64,000 bases of DNA, from the NCBI GenBank assembly GCA_963845275.1, contig CAWJRR010000008.1, positions 3,129 through 67,128 on the forward strand, written 5' to 3'. The DNA is from Candidatus Bathyarchaeota archaeon. Lineage in GTDB: Archaea; Thermoproteota; Bathyarchaeia; 40CM-2-53-6. How positions within the stretch are numbered: position 1 is the first letter of the stretch; each line of letters starts with the position of its first letter. Positions 28,249-37,096 of this stretch are shown here, piece after piece. Under the pieces are notes generated by a model that was given only the letters and a program-made list of their open reading frames with translations, was not told the origin of the DNA and did not search any database. The position numbers and the translations under genes were made by a program.

Positions 28249-28413
28249 TTAACGAGTTCTCCGTTTGAAGGGACTCAGAACGAAGAAATTACTGCGCCTG
28301 TTTATGACAAGGAACCTGTCACAGCCTCGACAAATGTAATGTTCCGAATAGATTCCGCCTGAGAAGTACGTCATCTTGCCGCCGCAATGTGGACATCCAG
28401 GAACCCTTCCCAT
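28249..28413 (-). CDS. Small zinc-ribbon protein (54 aa; below the ORF-track cutoff)
   Basis: Hand translation gives MGRVPGCPHCGGKMTYFSGGIYSEHYICRGCDRFLVINRRSNFFVLSPFKRRTR, with two CxxC pairs. Confidence 0.45.
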   Translation of the reverse strand: MGRVPGCPHCGGKMTYFSGGIYSEHYICRGCDRFLVINRRSNFFVLSPFKRRTR

Positions 28414-29218
28414 CTTCTCACATCAACTAAGCATATGCGCCTACCTAGAAATGGGAGTTTCGGTCGTGTTAATTGCCTGTACGGACGAAGTTGAGACATG
28501 CGAGAATTACTTTGATTAATGAAAGGTATATGTTGACCGGAGGCAAATGCACTCATTCCACAAGGCACTCCCGAGTGCAACAACTTGGTTCTACCTATCT
28601 TTCAAGGCCGACCATGTTTGCGCACGGCCAACGAACTATCTATCAGGATAGTCATATATAGGTTAATATGCATAACATGCCCTAAAAGGCGACATATACC
28701 GCCCTCTCGACATGAATTCGACTTACGCATTGCGCAAAGAAACCAGTGAGATCTTTGTCATTGCGCCTTGTGGCCAAATTGACACGTTTCTAGCTTCAAC
28801 GGTTATCTCGTTCTACCGTTATCTGTTAGAGTTAGTAACTGGATAGATAGAATATGCGAAGCTTAAGGGTAAACGAGGATTTCCTTGATAGAGAAGATAG
28901 AGATGCGCTGCAGGATCATATGGATTACCTAGATGGCCTGGGTTATTGGCCAGGGATAATTCACCGCAAATTGAAATTGGCGCGGAGGAGCAAGGTTCAA
29001 GCGGCTCAAGGAACGAATATCGGGAAGACAGTCACGATTCATCTTGTTCCGTAGGCGTGCCTTCCATTAAGCGCACCAGCTATACTCTCAGTTGCTGCCC
29101 CTTGCTGTAGATGTAATTCGTCTCGTCAGGTTTGTTATCATACATGTTCGCCTAATGTTTCGAGTGCAAATCGAAAAGGTCAAGAACCTCTAGGATCTAA
29201 TCATCTGTGTGTTGACTG

Positions 29219-29467
29219 TTGGAAATAGAAACGGCTGATCAAGCGGCGAAGGTAGCTGTTGATTATATCAAGAAGACGTTCAAGGTGAGTGGGGACGTTC
29301 ACGTTACTAGCGTAGCATTCAACGGAACATGCTTTCTTGTTCGAGGCAATTACCACTATGCGGGTCGTGAAGGAATGAGACCTCAAGGGGTCATTGTCAA
29401 GATAGATGGGAAAGCCAATGTAGTTGGATGGTCGCTGAGACCAGAGAAAGAAACGACCGAACTATGA
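29219..29467 (+). CDS. Hypothetical small protein
   Basis: 82-aa ORF lying in otherwise empty sequence. No motif recognised. Confidence 0.3.
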   Translation: MEIETADQAAKVAVDYIKKTFKVSGDVHVTSVAFNGTCFLVRGNYHYAGREGMRPQGVIVKIDGKANVVGWSLRPEKETTEL

Positions 29468-29732
29468 GAAAACTCTCAACGTTAGCGGATCGATTTAAGG
29501 CCAACAATCGACAACGATTCCGTGTGGTTTATGGTATCTGCTTCGTGGTCTCCATTGGCTCCCTAACCAGCATCTTTCTTAGAGTAGCAGAGTCCTTGAT
29601 GGGGAAGGCATCAGCAACGGTCCCATAGTGCGCAGACTCAAAACGATGAACGATGTCCAGTGTAGAACAATTCGCATGAGGTTAGTGAGTAAGTGCTAAA
29701 TATCGTCAGACAGATTCGACTGTGAAGTTGTA

Positions 29733-32114
29733 ATGTCTATGAAAAGCGTTGTTGAGAAATCCGCTGATTCAGTTAAGGTTGAGCGTAGTATTCTGCCTAT
29801 CCCTGATCGACCGCAGTTTGGTTTAACAACTTATGATGCGAAGGATCCGGATACTAAGTATCCGCCAATCAAGGAAGTACGACCACCGGCAGGCGCGCCG
29901 AACGTCCTAATTGTCCTGATTGATGACGCGGGGTTTGGTTCATCCAGCGCGTTTGGTGGACCATGTTACACGCCGAATTTTGAGAAGCTTGCAGCGGAAG
30001 GGTTACGGTACACGCGCTTCCACACTACCGCCCTCTGTTCCCCCACTAGGCAGGCGCTTCTGACCGGCCGTAACCATCATTCGGCTGGGATGGGAGGAGT
30101 CACCGAGATAGCCACCTCGGCTCCTGGCTACAATTCACTTTGCCCGAACACTAAGGCTCCGCTGGCTATGACGCTGAAACTGAACGGGTACTCAACTGCC
30201 CAGTTCGGTAAATGCCATGAGGTTCCGGTCTGGCAGACCTCTTCCTTGGGGCCGTTTGATCACTGGCCCACTGGTGGAGGAGGCTTCGAATATTTCTACG
30301 GCTTCATTGCAGGCGAAACCAACCAGTGGAATCCGGCGCTCTTCAACGCTACTGTCACCGTTGAACCACCAAAAACACCTGAGGAAGGCTACATTCTCAA
30401 TGAGGATCTTGCGGACAAAGCGATTGCGTGGATTCGTCAGCAGAAAGCGTTGATGCCCGACAAACCGTTCTTCGTCTACTTCGCCCCTGGCGCTACTCAC
30501 GCGCCTCATCATGTTCCTAAGGAGTGGGCGGACAAATACAAGGGGAAGTTCGCTCACGGATGGGACCAGCAACGCGAGATCACGTTCAAGAAACAGAAAG
30601 AGTTAGGTGTCATTCCACCTGACGCGGAGTTGACTAAGCGCCACGCCGAGATCCCAGCGTGGGATTCAATGGATCCAAAACTTAAACCAGTCTTGGAACG
30701 CGAAATGGAAGTGTACGCAGGATTCATGGAGCATACTGACCATCATGTAGGACGAGTAATAGACGCGATCAGAGATCTTGGAATCATGGACGACACACTC
30801 ATCTTCTTGATTGTTGGAGACAACGGCGCATCGGCTGAGGGTACCATACAAGGCACATTTAACGAACTGTTATTGCTAAACGGAGTGACATCGGTCGAAA
30901 CACCAGAATTCCTGACGTCTAAAATCGACAAGTTCGGTTCACCCGATGCGTATAACCACTATGCGGTGGGATGGGCCTGGGCAATGGACACGCCGTACCA
31001 GTGGACCAAACAAGTCGCCTCCCATTGGGGAGGTACGCGAAATGGGACGATCATTCATTGGCCGAAAGGCATTAAGGAGAAGAATGCGATTCGTAACCAG
31101 TTCTCTCACGTTATTGACGTGGCTCCGACAATCCTTGATGTGGCAGGCATCTCCGAACCCACGATTGTAAATAGTGTTATGCAGTCTCCATACGAAGGCA
31201 AGAGCCTGCTCTACACCTTCAATGACCCCAAAGCGCCGGAGCGTCGTGACGTGCAGTACTTTGAGATGTTTGGTAACCGTGGAATCTACTATAAGGGCTG
31301 GACGGCGGTGACGAAGCATCGCACACCCTGGGTCATGGCCCCTACAGTACCCTTCGATCAGGACAACTGGGAACTTTACGCTCCAACAGACTGGAGCCAG
31401 GCACACGATCTTTCTAAGGAGATGCCGGATAAGCTCCGTGAACTTCAACGCTTGTGGCTGATCGAGGCTACCAAGTACAATGTGATTCCGCTCGACGATC
31501 GTGGGTTGGAACGTTTCAATGCTGAGATCGCTGGACGTCCTCAACTGATAAAGGGTAATTCACAGCTACTGTTTGCAGGAATGGGGCGTCTTCCCGAAAA
31601 CGCGCTCTTGAACATCAAGAACAAGTCATGGTCTCTTACCGCCGAGGTTGAAATCCCTTCAGCGGGAGTTCAGGGTGTGATAATGAATCAGGGAGGAAAG
31701 TTCGGCGGCTGGAGCCTCTACACAAAAGCAGGCAAAGCAAAATTCGCGTACAACTTCTTAGGCCTCAAATTCTTCACCATCGAGGCAGACAGACCAATAC
31801 CTGCGGGGAAGCATCAGGTACGAATGGAGTTCAAGTACGATGGCGGAGGACTAGCCAAGGGCGGTAAAGTAACCTTGTACTATGATGGTACGAAAACTGG
31901 AGAGGGCCGCGTTGAGGCCACGATACCGATGGTTGCAACGGAGGAGTCCAACGTGGGCCGTGACATTGGCACGAACGTGACCCCTGACTACATGACTGAA
32001 ACGAGTGAGTTCACTGGAAAAATCAAATGGGTACAAATTGACGTGGGTGTGGATAGCCATGACCACCTCATCACACCCGAACAACGTCTGCACATCGCAA
32101 TGACAAGGCAGTAG
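29733..32114 (+). CDS. Arylsulfatase, Cys-type (formylglycine), no signal peptide
   Basis: 793-aa ORF. It has NVLIVLIDDAGFG and TTALCSPTRQALLTGRNHH (Cys codon at 30036-30038). GDNGAS and the C-terminal domain are conserved with 46231-48627. Confidence 0.9.
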   Translation: MSMKSVVEKSADSVKVERSILPIPDRPQFGLTTYDAKDPDTKYPPIKEVRPPAGAPNVLIVLIDDAGFGSSSAFGGPCYTPNFEKLAAEGLRYTRFHTTALCSPTRQALLTGRNHHSAGMGGVTEIATSAPGYNSLCPNTKAPLAMTLKLNGYSTAQFGKCHEVPVWQTSSLGPFDHWPTGGGGFEYFYGFIAGETNQWNPALFNATVTVEPPKTPEEGYILNEDLADKAIAWIRQQKALMPDKPFFVYFAPGATHAPHHVPKEWADKYKGKFAHGWDQQREITFKKQKELGVIPPDAELTKRHAEIPAWDSMDPKLKPVLEREMEVYAGFMEHTDHHVGRVIDAIRDLGIMDDTLIFLIVGDNGASAEGTIQGTFNELLLLNGVTSVETPEFLTSKIDKFGSPDAYNHYAVGWAWAMDTPYQWTKQVASHWGGTRNGTIIHWPKGIKEKNAIRNQFSHVIDVAPTILDVAGISEPTIVNSVMQSPYEGKSLLYTFNDPKAPERRDVQYFEMFGNRGIYYKGWTAVTKHRTPWVMAPTVPFDQDNWELYAPTDWSQAHDLSKEMPDKLRELQRLWLIEATKYNVIPLDDRGLERFNAEIAGRPQLIKGNSQLLFAGMGRLPENALLNIKNKSWSLTAEVEIPSAGVQGVIMNQGGKFGGWSLYTKAGKAKFAYNFLGLKFFTIEADRPIPAGKHQVRMEFKYDGGGLAKGGKVTLYYDGTKTGEGRVEATIPMVATEESNVGRDIGTNVTPDYMTETSEFTGKIKWVQIDVGVDSHDHLITPEQRLHIAMTRQ

Positions 32115-32336
32115 AGTGATGAGAGAATCGTGTCGTGCCTGGAAGTATTGAAGAAGTGAAGTTAATGGAAGTGGATAAACGAGTGCACGTGCATACAAAG
32201 CCGACGCGGAACTCGGCATCGTAAGTTGCGATCAAAATTCGGCGGTATAACTGCGAAGCAATCTAGGTAATAACCAGCGAAGCCTCTACATTTCGTAGAG
32301 CCAATTGTTCATGTTGAACCGAGGCGCTAATTCACC

Positions 32337-33602
32337 ATGAGCCCACGAGAAGAAGAACACGGATCGACACTTGGCGTGACGGATGAAGTCCGGGATTTCT
32401 ACGAACGTTATCCATATCCTCGGCCGATCGAAAGCCTTGACAATTATCGACGGCTCTGGCAGGACCTGCAAAGACGCCGCGCGGATTATCATCTGTTTTG
32501 GCCCTTCAGACCTTACAGGGACGACTACTCCATTCTCATTGCCGGCTGCGGAACATCTCAGGCGGCCAAGCATGCTTTGCGTTGGCCTGCGGTTCGGGTC
32601 GTCGGTGTCGACTTCAGCGCAACAAGTGTGCGCTGTACTGAGGAGCTCAAGCGAAAATACAGCTTGAACAATCTCCAAGTCCACCAGCTTCCCATCGAAC
32701 GGGTGAACGATCTGGAGATAAGCTTCGATCAGGTTGTGTGCACGGGGGTTCTCCATCACCTTGAGGACTCTGACGCAGGACTCAGAGCTCTCCGCGACGT
32801 GCTCAAACCGGATGGAGCGATGCATCTCATGGTGTATGCGCCTTACGGACGGGCCGGCATCTACTTGCTGCAAGAGTTCTGCAGACGAATCGGCATCCAC
32901 GCTTCCGACGAAGAAATTCGGGACCTCATCGCTGCGCTCGGGGCGTTGCCACCCGGACATCCGCTCGAGAACTTGCTGCGCGAGGCCCCGGACTTTCGGG
33001 AAGAGGCGGCGCTTGCTGATGCTCTTCTGCACCCGCATGACCGCGCGTATTCAGTTCCGCAACTATTCGATTTCATTAAAAGAGGAGGACTGACATTTGG
33101 CCGGTGGATGAGACAAGCACCCTACACTCCTCGCTGCGGAGCCATCGCAAAGATCCCGCAGGCCCCCCGAATCGCACAACTTCCGTTAGCAGAACAGTAT
33201 GCCGCCGTCGAACTCTTTCGGGGCACGATGGTTAGCCACAGCATGGTCCTTTACCGAAACGATAATCCTCACGGCTTACAACAGGTCAGTTTTGCCGGTG
33301 ACAATTGGCTTGGCTATGTGCCGATTCGAATGTCAGACACGATCTGCGTACAAGAGCGACTGCCTGCTGGGGCCGCGGGTGTTCTGATTAACCAGAATCA
33401 CACGTACAGGGATCTGATCATGCCAATAGACTCACCAGAAAAACGTCTGTTTGATGCTGTTGACGGGACCAGTAGCATCCGCAATATATTACAAAGAACG
33501 TTGGCATCTTCACAAGAAAGATCGAAGCTCGACATGGCGCGCACTTTCTTCGAACGACTCTGGTGGTATGATCAGATCGTGTTTCGAACCACGTCAACCT
33601 AG
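32337..33602 (+). CDS. Class I SAM-dependent methyltransferase with a C-terminal domain of unknown function
   Basis: 421-aa ORF. It has ILIAGCGTSQAA (motif I), VVGVDFS and FDQVVCTGVLHHLED..LKPDGAM. Confidence 0.75.
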   Translation: MSPREEEHGSTLGVTDEVRDFYERYPYPRPIESLDNYRRLWQDLQRRRADYHLFWPFRPYRDDYSILIAGCGTSQAAKHALRWPAVRVVGVDFSATSVRCTEELKRKYSLNNLQVHQLPIERVNDLEISFDQVVCTGVLHHLEDSDAGLRALRDVLKPDGAMHLMVYAPYGRAGIYLLQEFCRRIGIHASDEEIRDLIAALGALPPGHPLENLLREAPDFREEAALADALLHPHDRAYSVPQLFDFIKRGGLTFGRWMRQAPYTPRCGAIAKIPQAPRIAQLPLAEQYAAVELFRGTMVSHSMVLYRNDNPHGLQQVSFAGDNWLGYVPIRMSDTICVQERLPAGAAGVLINQNHTYRDLIMPIDSPEKRLFDAVDGTSSIRNILQRTLASSQERSKLDMARTFFERLWWYDQIVFRTTST

Positions 33603-33657
33603 GGCTAAATTAGATAACAACAGTAACCAAATCATACGGAAATAGAGAGAACAGAGA

Positions 33658-34578
33658 ATGATACAATTATTGCCGGCGTGGAATGACGGCGTTGCGAAGC
33701 AGGCGATCATAGATTTTGTGAAACGAGTGACAACCGACGGCTCGCCTGATTTTGTTCCGCCTGCCGAGCGCATCGCGGTTTTCGATAATGACGGCACACT
33801 CTGGGCTGAACAACCATTCTATTTCCAGGGACTCTTCGTTTTTGAACGTATTCGCGCCTTAGCGCCTCAGCATCCTGAGTGGAGAGAGGCACAGCCCTTC
33901 AAGGCCGTGCTCGAGAATGACATGAAAAGCCTGGCTGCATCGGGCATGCAAGGTCTGATCGAACTTGTGGTGGCAACCCACGCAGGCATGACCACGGAAG
34001 AGTTCGAACGTACCGTTAAGGATTGGCTTGCCACGGCCCGGCATCCGAGGTTCAACAGACTGTACACTGATCTCGTTTTTCAACCGATGCTGGAGTTGTT
34101 GGCATATTTCCGGGCGAACAGTTTCAGGACGTTTGTCGTCTCCGGCGGCGGCATCGAGTTCGTGCGCACTTTCAGTGAAGAGGTGTATGGAATTCCTCCT
34201 GAACAGGTTATTGGAAGCAGTATCTTGACGAGGTTCGAGGTTCGGGATGGAAGGCCAGTACTCGTGAGGGAACCCAAAGTGGACTTTATCGACGATCAAG
34301 AAGGCAAACCGGTTGGCATAAACAAGTTTCTTGGTCGCCGTCCCATTGCCGTATTCGGTAACTCAGACGGTGATTATCAAATGCTCGAGTGGGTCACTGC
34401 TGGCACGGGACCACGCTTCGGGCTTATCATTCACCATGATGATGCCGTTCGCGAGTTCGCATACGACCGCGCCTCAGCCGCAGGCAAACTCGACCGCGCC
34501 CTCGACGAAGCCCCCAAACGCGGCTGGACTATAGTTAGTATGAAGAAAGACTGGAATCGAGTGTTTTCGCGTGAATAA
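33658..34578 (+). CDS. HAD-superfamily hydrolase
   Basis: 306-aa ORF. It has IAVFDNDGTLW (motif I), VVSGG (motif II-like) and FGNSDGDYQML (motif IV). Confidence 0.75.
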   Translation: MIQLLPAWNDGVAKQAIIDFVKRVTTDGSPDFVPPAERIAVFDNDGTLWAEQPFYFQGLFVFERIRALAPQHPEWREAQPFKAVLENDMKSLAASGMQGLIELVVATHAGMTTEEFERTVKDWLATARHPRFNRLYTDLVFQPMLELLAYFRANSFRTFVVSGGGIEFVRTFSEEVYGIPPEQVIGSSILTRFEVRDGRPVLVREPKVDFIDDQEGKPVGINKFLGRRPIAVFGNSDGDYQMLEWVTAGTGPRFGLIIHHDDAVREFAYDRASAAGKLDRALDEAPKRGWTIVSMKKDWNRVFSRE

Positions 34579-34621
34579 GTTAGATGTGAGGATTCTACGA
34601 ACGTGTTTTAGGTCGATTGTG

Positions 34622-35221
34622 TTAAGCGAATAACTTTCTTTCTCGCCTGATGATTAGTGCAACCAGGCTTAAGGATAGTGTGAGTGGTATCGCTATGCTC
34701 CAGACGGGGAATTCTGGAGTCGCAGTATTAACCGACAACATGGATGAATTAGCGCTCGTTGTGAGTGTTATGAACGGAGGATAACTCAGATCGATTGTTG
34801 CGTAACCGCTGGCAATCTGACCTAAGCCGTTGTTTCGGTAGACGAAGAGCATGTAGTATGTCCCGCTGGTCGTGATGGCAGCGTTGTATGTATTGTTCGA
34901 TCCGCCGACTTGCGTATACATGAAGAGAGGATACGCACTTTGAGGAAGAGAGCAGGTGTTCCCTTGCACAAATGCGTTGAAGTCGTTTTGAGACAGAACA
35001 TAGAAATCGAGGGTGACATCAGCTGTGAAGTATCCCTGAATAATTTGACCCTTCTGTGCTGAAAATGCAAACGGAAGTAACGCACACTGATGCGGCGGAG
35101 GAGTGTTAACTGTCACAACCGTATACGCTGCGCCTGACTGGCTATTGGCGTTTGGAACTATGAGGAATGGAATGAAGATTGCGACGAGTAGAAGAATGGA
35201 GATTATGGCTTTGCTCGTCAT
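34622..35221 (-). CDS. Secreted protein with a PEF-CTERM-like C-terminal sorting signal
   Basis: An internal ATG at 35221 starts MTSKAIISILLLVAIFIPFLIVPNANSQS (signal peptide). The C-terminus is TPEFPVWSIAIPLTLSLSLVALIIRRERKLFA. It appears inside the 669-aa ORF only because the upstream gene lost its stop through a frameshift. Confidence 0.55.
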   Translation of the reverse strand: MTSKAIISILLLVAIFIPFLIVPNANSQSGAAYTVVTVNTPPPHQCALLPFAFSAQKGQIIQGYFTADVTLDFYVLSQNDFNAFVQGNTCSLPQSAYPLFMYTQVGGSNNTYNAAITTSGTYYMLFVYRNNGLGQIASGYATIDLSYPPFITLTTSANSSMLSVNTATPEFPVWSIAIPLTLSLSLVALIIRRERKLFA

Positions 35222-35280
35222 GCTATCACAGACAATAATGACGGTCAAGGTCTGGGCTATTAAACTGATCAGGTCATGTT

Positions 35281-36631
35281 TCAAGTCTTCATGTGAGGTA
35301 GGGACTGCGTTGGGCTGCCGTGGCAGTTCTTCACTTTTCGTCCACTTCCGCAGGGGCAGAGTTCGTTCCGTCCTAGTTTCTCCACCGCGGCCATGAGGGT
35401 CAGCGTTCTCCACTGCCAGAATCTTGCTGACCTCAGCTGCGGGGTGGCCATCGCGAATTAGCGTGGCCATTATCTTCATTGCGTGGTCGGCGTGGTTGAA
35501 GAATGCCTTGTACCCTGCACACAAGTAGTTTAAGCCTGGTTCTCCGTCGGGTGTTTTGATGAATCTGTTTTTTGGGCATTCTCCGTTACAGGCAAACCTG
35601 ACTTCGCACTCCCTGCAGTAGCGAGGTAGCGTGTCAAGCTTATCTTGACCGAACTTCTGCTGCTGGGCCGAAGCAACCAACTCGACCATGTGCTGTTCCT
35701 TGATGTTGCCCAACAGGTACTTGGGTTCGACAAAATGATCGCAGGAGTACATATCCCCATTATGCTCCAAGGCTAAGCCACGACCACACGTCTTGTCAAA
35801 AACGCACATCCCTGATGAAGGTAACCCAACCCAATTGCGTACCGCAGCCTCAAAAGTTTGAACGAATACTCGCCCGACGTCGTTGTGCACCCATTCATCG
35901 AAGATTGTTATGAGAAAGCGGCCGAACTGTTCAGCGCGAACAGAACGCTCAGAAACCGTTGTCCCTTCCTGGATTAATGTTAGGCCGCTTGAGTTGATTC
36001 GTTCAACTACCGGAATGAGTTGAATCCAGGTTGTTCTTGCTTCGTCACGCAGGAAACGGTAGACTTCAAGCGGATGATCACCATTGACACGGTTCACCGT
36101 GGTAAGAACATTGTACTCCACTCCATTATTCTGCAGCAAGCGGAGCCCGCGCATCACTTTATCGAACGTTGGCTTCCCCTTCCGATCAACACGGAACGCG
36201 TCATGCAACTCCCGTGGGCCATCAATACTTATGCCGACCAAGAAATCGTTCGCTCTAAGAAACTCACACCACTGATCACTGAGCAGCGTACCATTCGTTT
36301 GAATCGTGTTTTCGAACGTCATCCCCGGACGCCGGTACTTTTTCTCATACTCGATCGCGCGCCGGAAGAAATCGAGGCCCATCAAGGTCGGTTCGCCACC
36401 CTGCCAGGCAACTGTCACTTGATTTGTGCGATGGGATTCAATCAGCTGCTTAACGTATTGTTCGAGGAGTTGATCATCCATACGAAAACTGCTGCCTGGA
36501 TAGAGCTGCTCCTTATCCAAGTAGAAGCAGTACGCGCAGTCTAGGTTGCAGATTGCACCCGTCGGTTTAGCTAGTACGTGGAAGCTGGGGGGACCGGTAT
36601 TGCTCATTGCTTCCGCGCTCAACGACTCCAC
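35281..36631 (-). CDS. Anaerobic sulfatase-maturating enzyme (radical SAM/SPASM), with a frameshift near the 3' end
   Basis: It has the radical SAM motif [16 protein letters not shown] and the SPASM Cys clusters ([18 protein letters not shown]). A SEC-C-like [14 protein letters not shown] (35341-35358 onward) is readable only in another frame, which ends at a TGA at 35281-35283. Confidence 0.8.
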
Positions 36632-36700
36632 TTCTCATTACTGAACAAGGTAGGAAATTATGTAATCCATTACTGTCGCCGCGTTATGACATGAATCACG

Positions 36701-37060
36701 TCAGCGAGCGAGGCCGTTCCAGTAGGTGAACATCTGACCTCCAGAAGCCGAGAGGATTTCTCTGGCGGGAAGGTTTGGTTTGCCGAGGACAGTGAACTTA
36801 GGTTTTGAAATCTTCATCAACTTCGGTATAATCATTCCCACATGGGTTATGTGAGCACGGAGGGCTCCTGCGTTCGGATACTCCTCTACGAGAAATGATT
36901 TGCTCTGTTCCTTATCGAAGTAGCATTGGTACCTCAGCGTGTTTGGTTCCTTTTCTTTCACAACCTCTAAAAGTTCCTGGAAAATTTCCTTGAATTCATC
37001 AACTTTCCCAGGCGTGATAGTAAACTCCGTAAGCACATAAACTCGAGGATCCTCTTCCAT
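36701..37060 (-). CDS. ABM (antibiotic biosynthesis monooxygenase)-like small protein
   Basis: It has the ferredoxin-like pattern VYVLTEFTITPGKVDEFKEIFQELLEVVKEKEPNTLRY..F..EEY.N..AL.AH. The ORF abuts the FGE stop; ATG at 37060 is preferred over TTG at 37096. Confidence 0.6.
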   Translation of the reverse strand: MEEDPRVYVLTEFTITPGKVDEFKEIFQELLEVVKEKEPNTLRYQCYFDKEQSKSFLVEEYPNAGALRAHITHVGMIIPKLMKISKPKFTVLGKPNLPAREILSASGGQMFTYWNGLAR

Positions 37061-37096
37061 TACATCCACTTCTTGAACAATCCTAGTCACGGCCAA

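Noticed and set aside
30192-31544. Antisense ORFs inside the sulfatase genes (30192-30572, 30939-31544; likewise 25387-25767, 24451-25044, 46939-47607, 47638-47988)
   Set aside because: These are shadow ORFs on the opposite strand of strongly supported, motif-rich sulfatase genes, with no motifs of their own. The same antisense ORF recurring in paralogs reflects conserved codon structure, not a gene.
23839-32114. Recent duplication or an active invertible segment bounded by identical inverted repeats
   Set aside because: The hand-aligned 153-nt sample differs at 27 positions, so the copies are old paralogs. Inversion remains possible but is not implied.
32286-33038. 250-aa minus-strand ORF
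   Set aside because: It lies antisense to the methyltransferase gene, which has clear SAM-binding motifs. The GC-rich sequence simply keeps the opposite strand open.
36020-36544. 174-aa plus-strand ORF
   Set aside because: It lies antisense to the anSME core, which has a clear radical-SAM motif. No motif supports the antisense ORF.
34622-36631. 669-aa ORF read as a genuine fusion of a radical-SAM maturase to a membrane/secreted domain
   Set aside because: A SEC-C-like [14 protein letters not shown] tail and a stop (35281-35283) are present in another frame. The distal part has its own ATG (35221) and signal peptide. A 3'-terminal frameshift explains the long ORF better.
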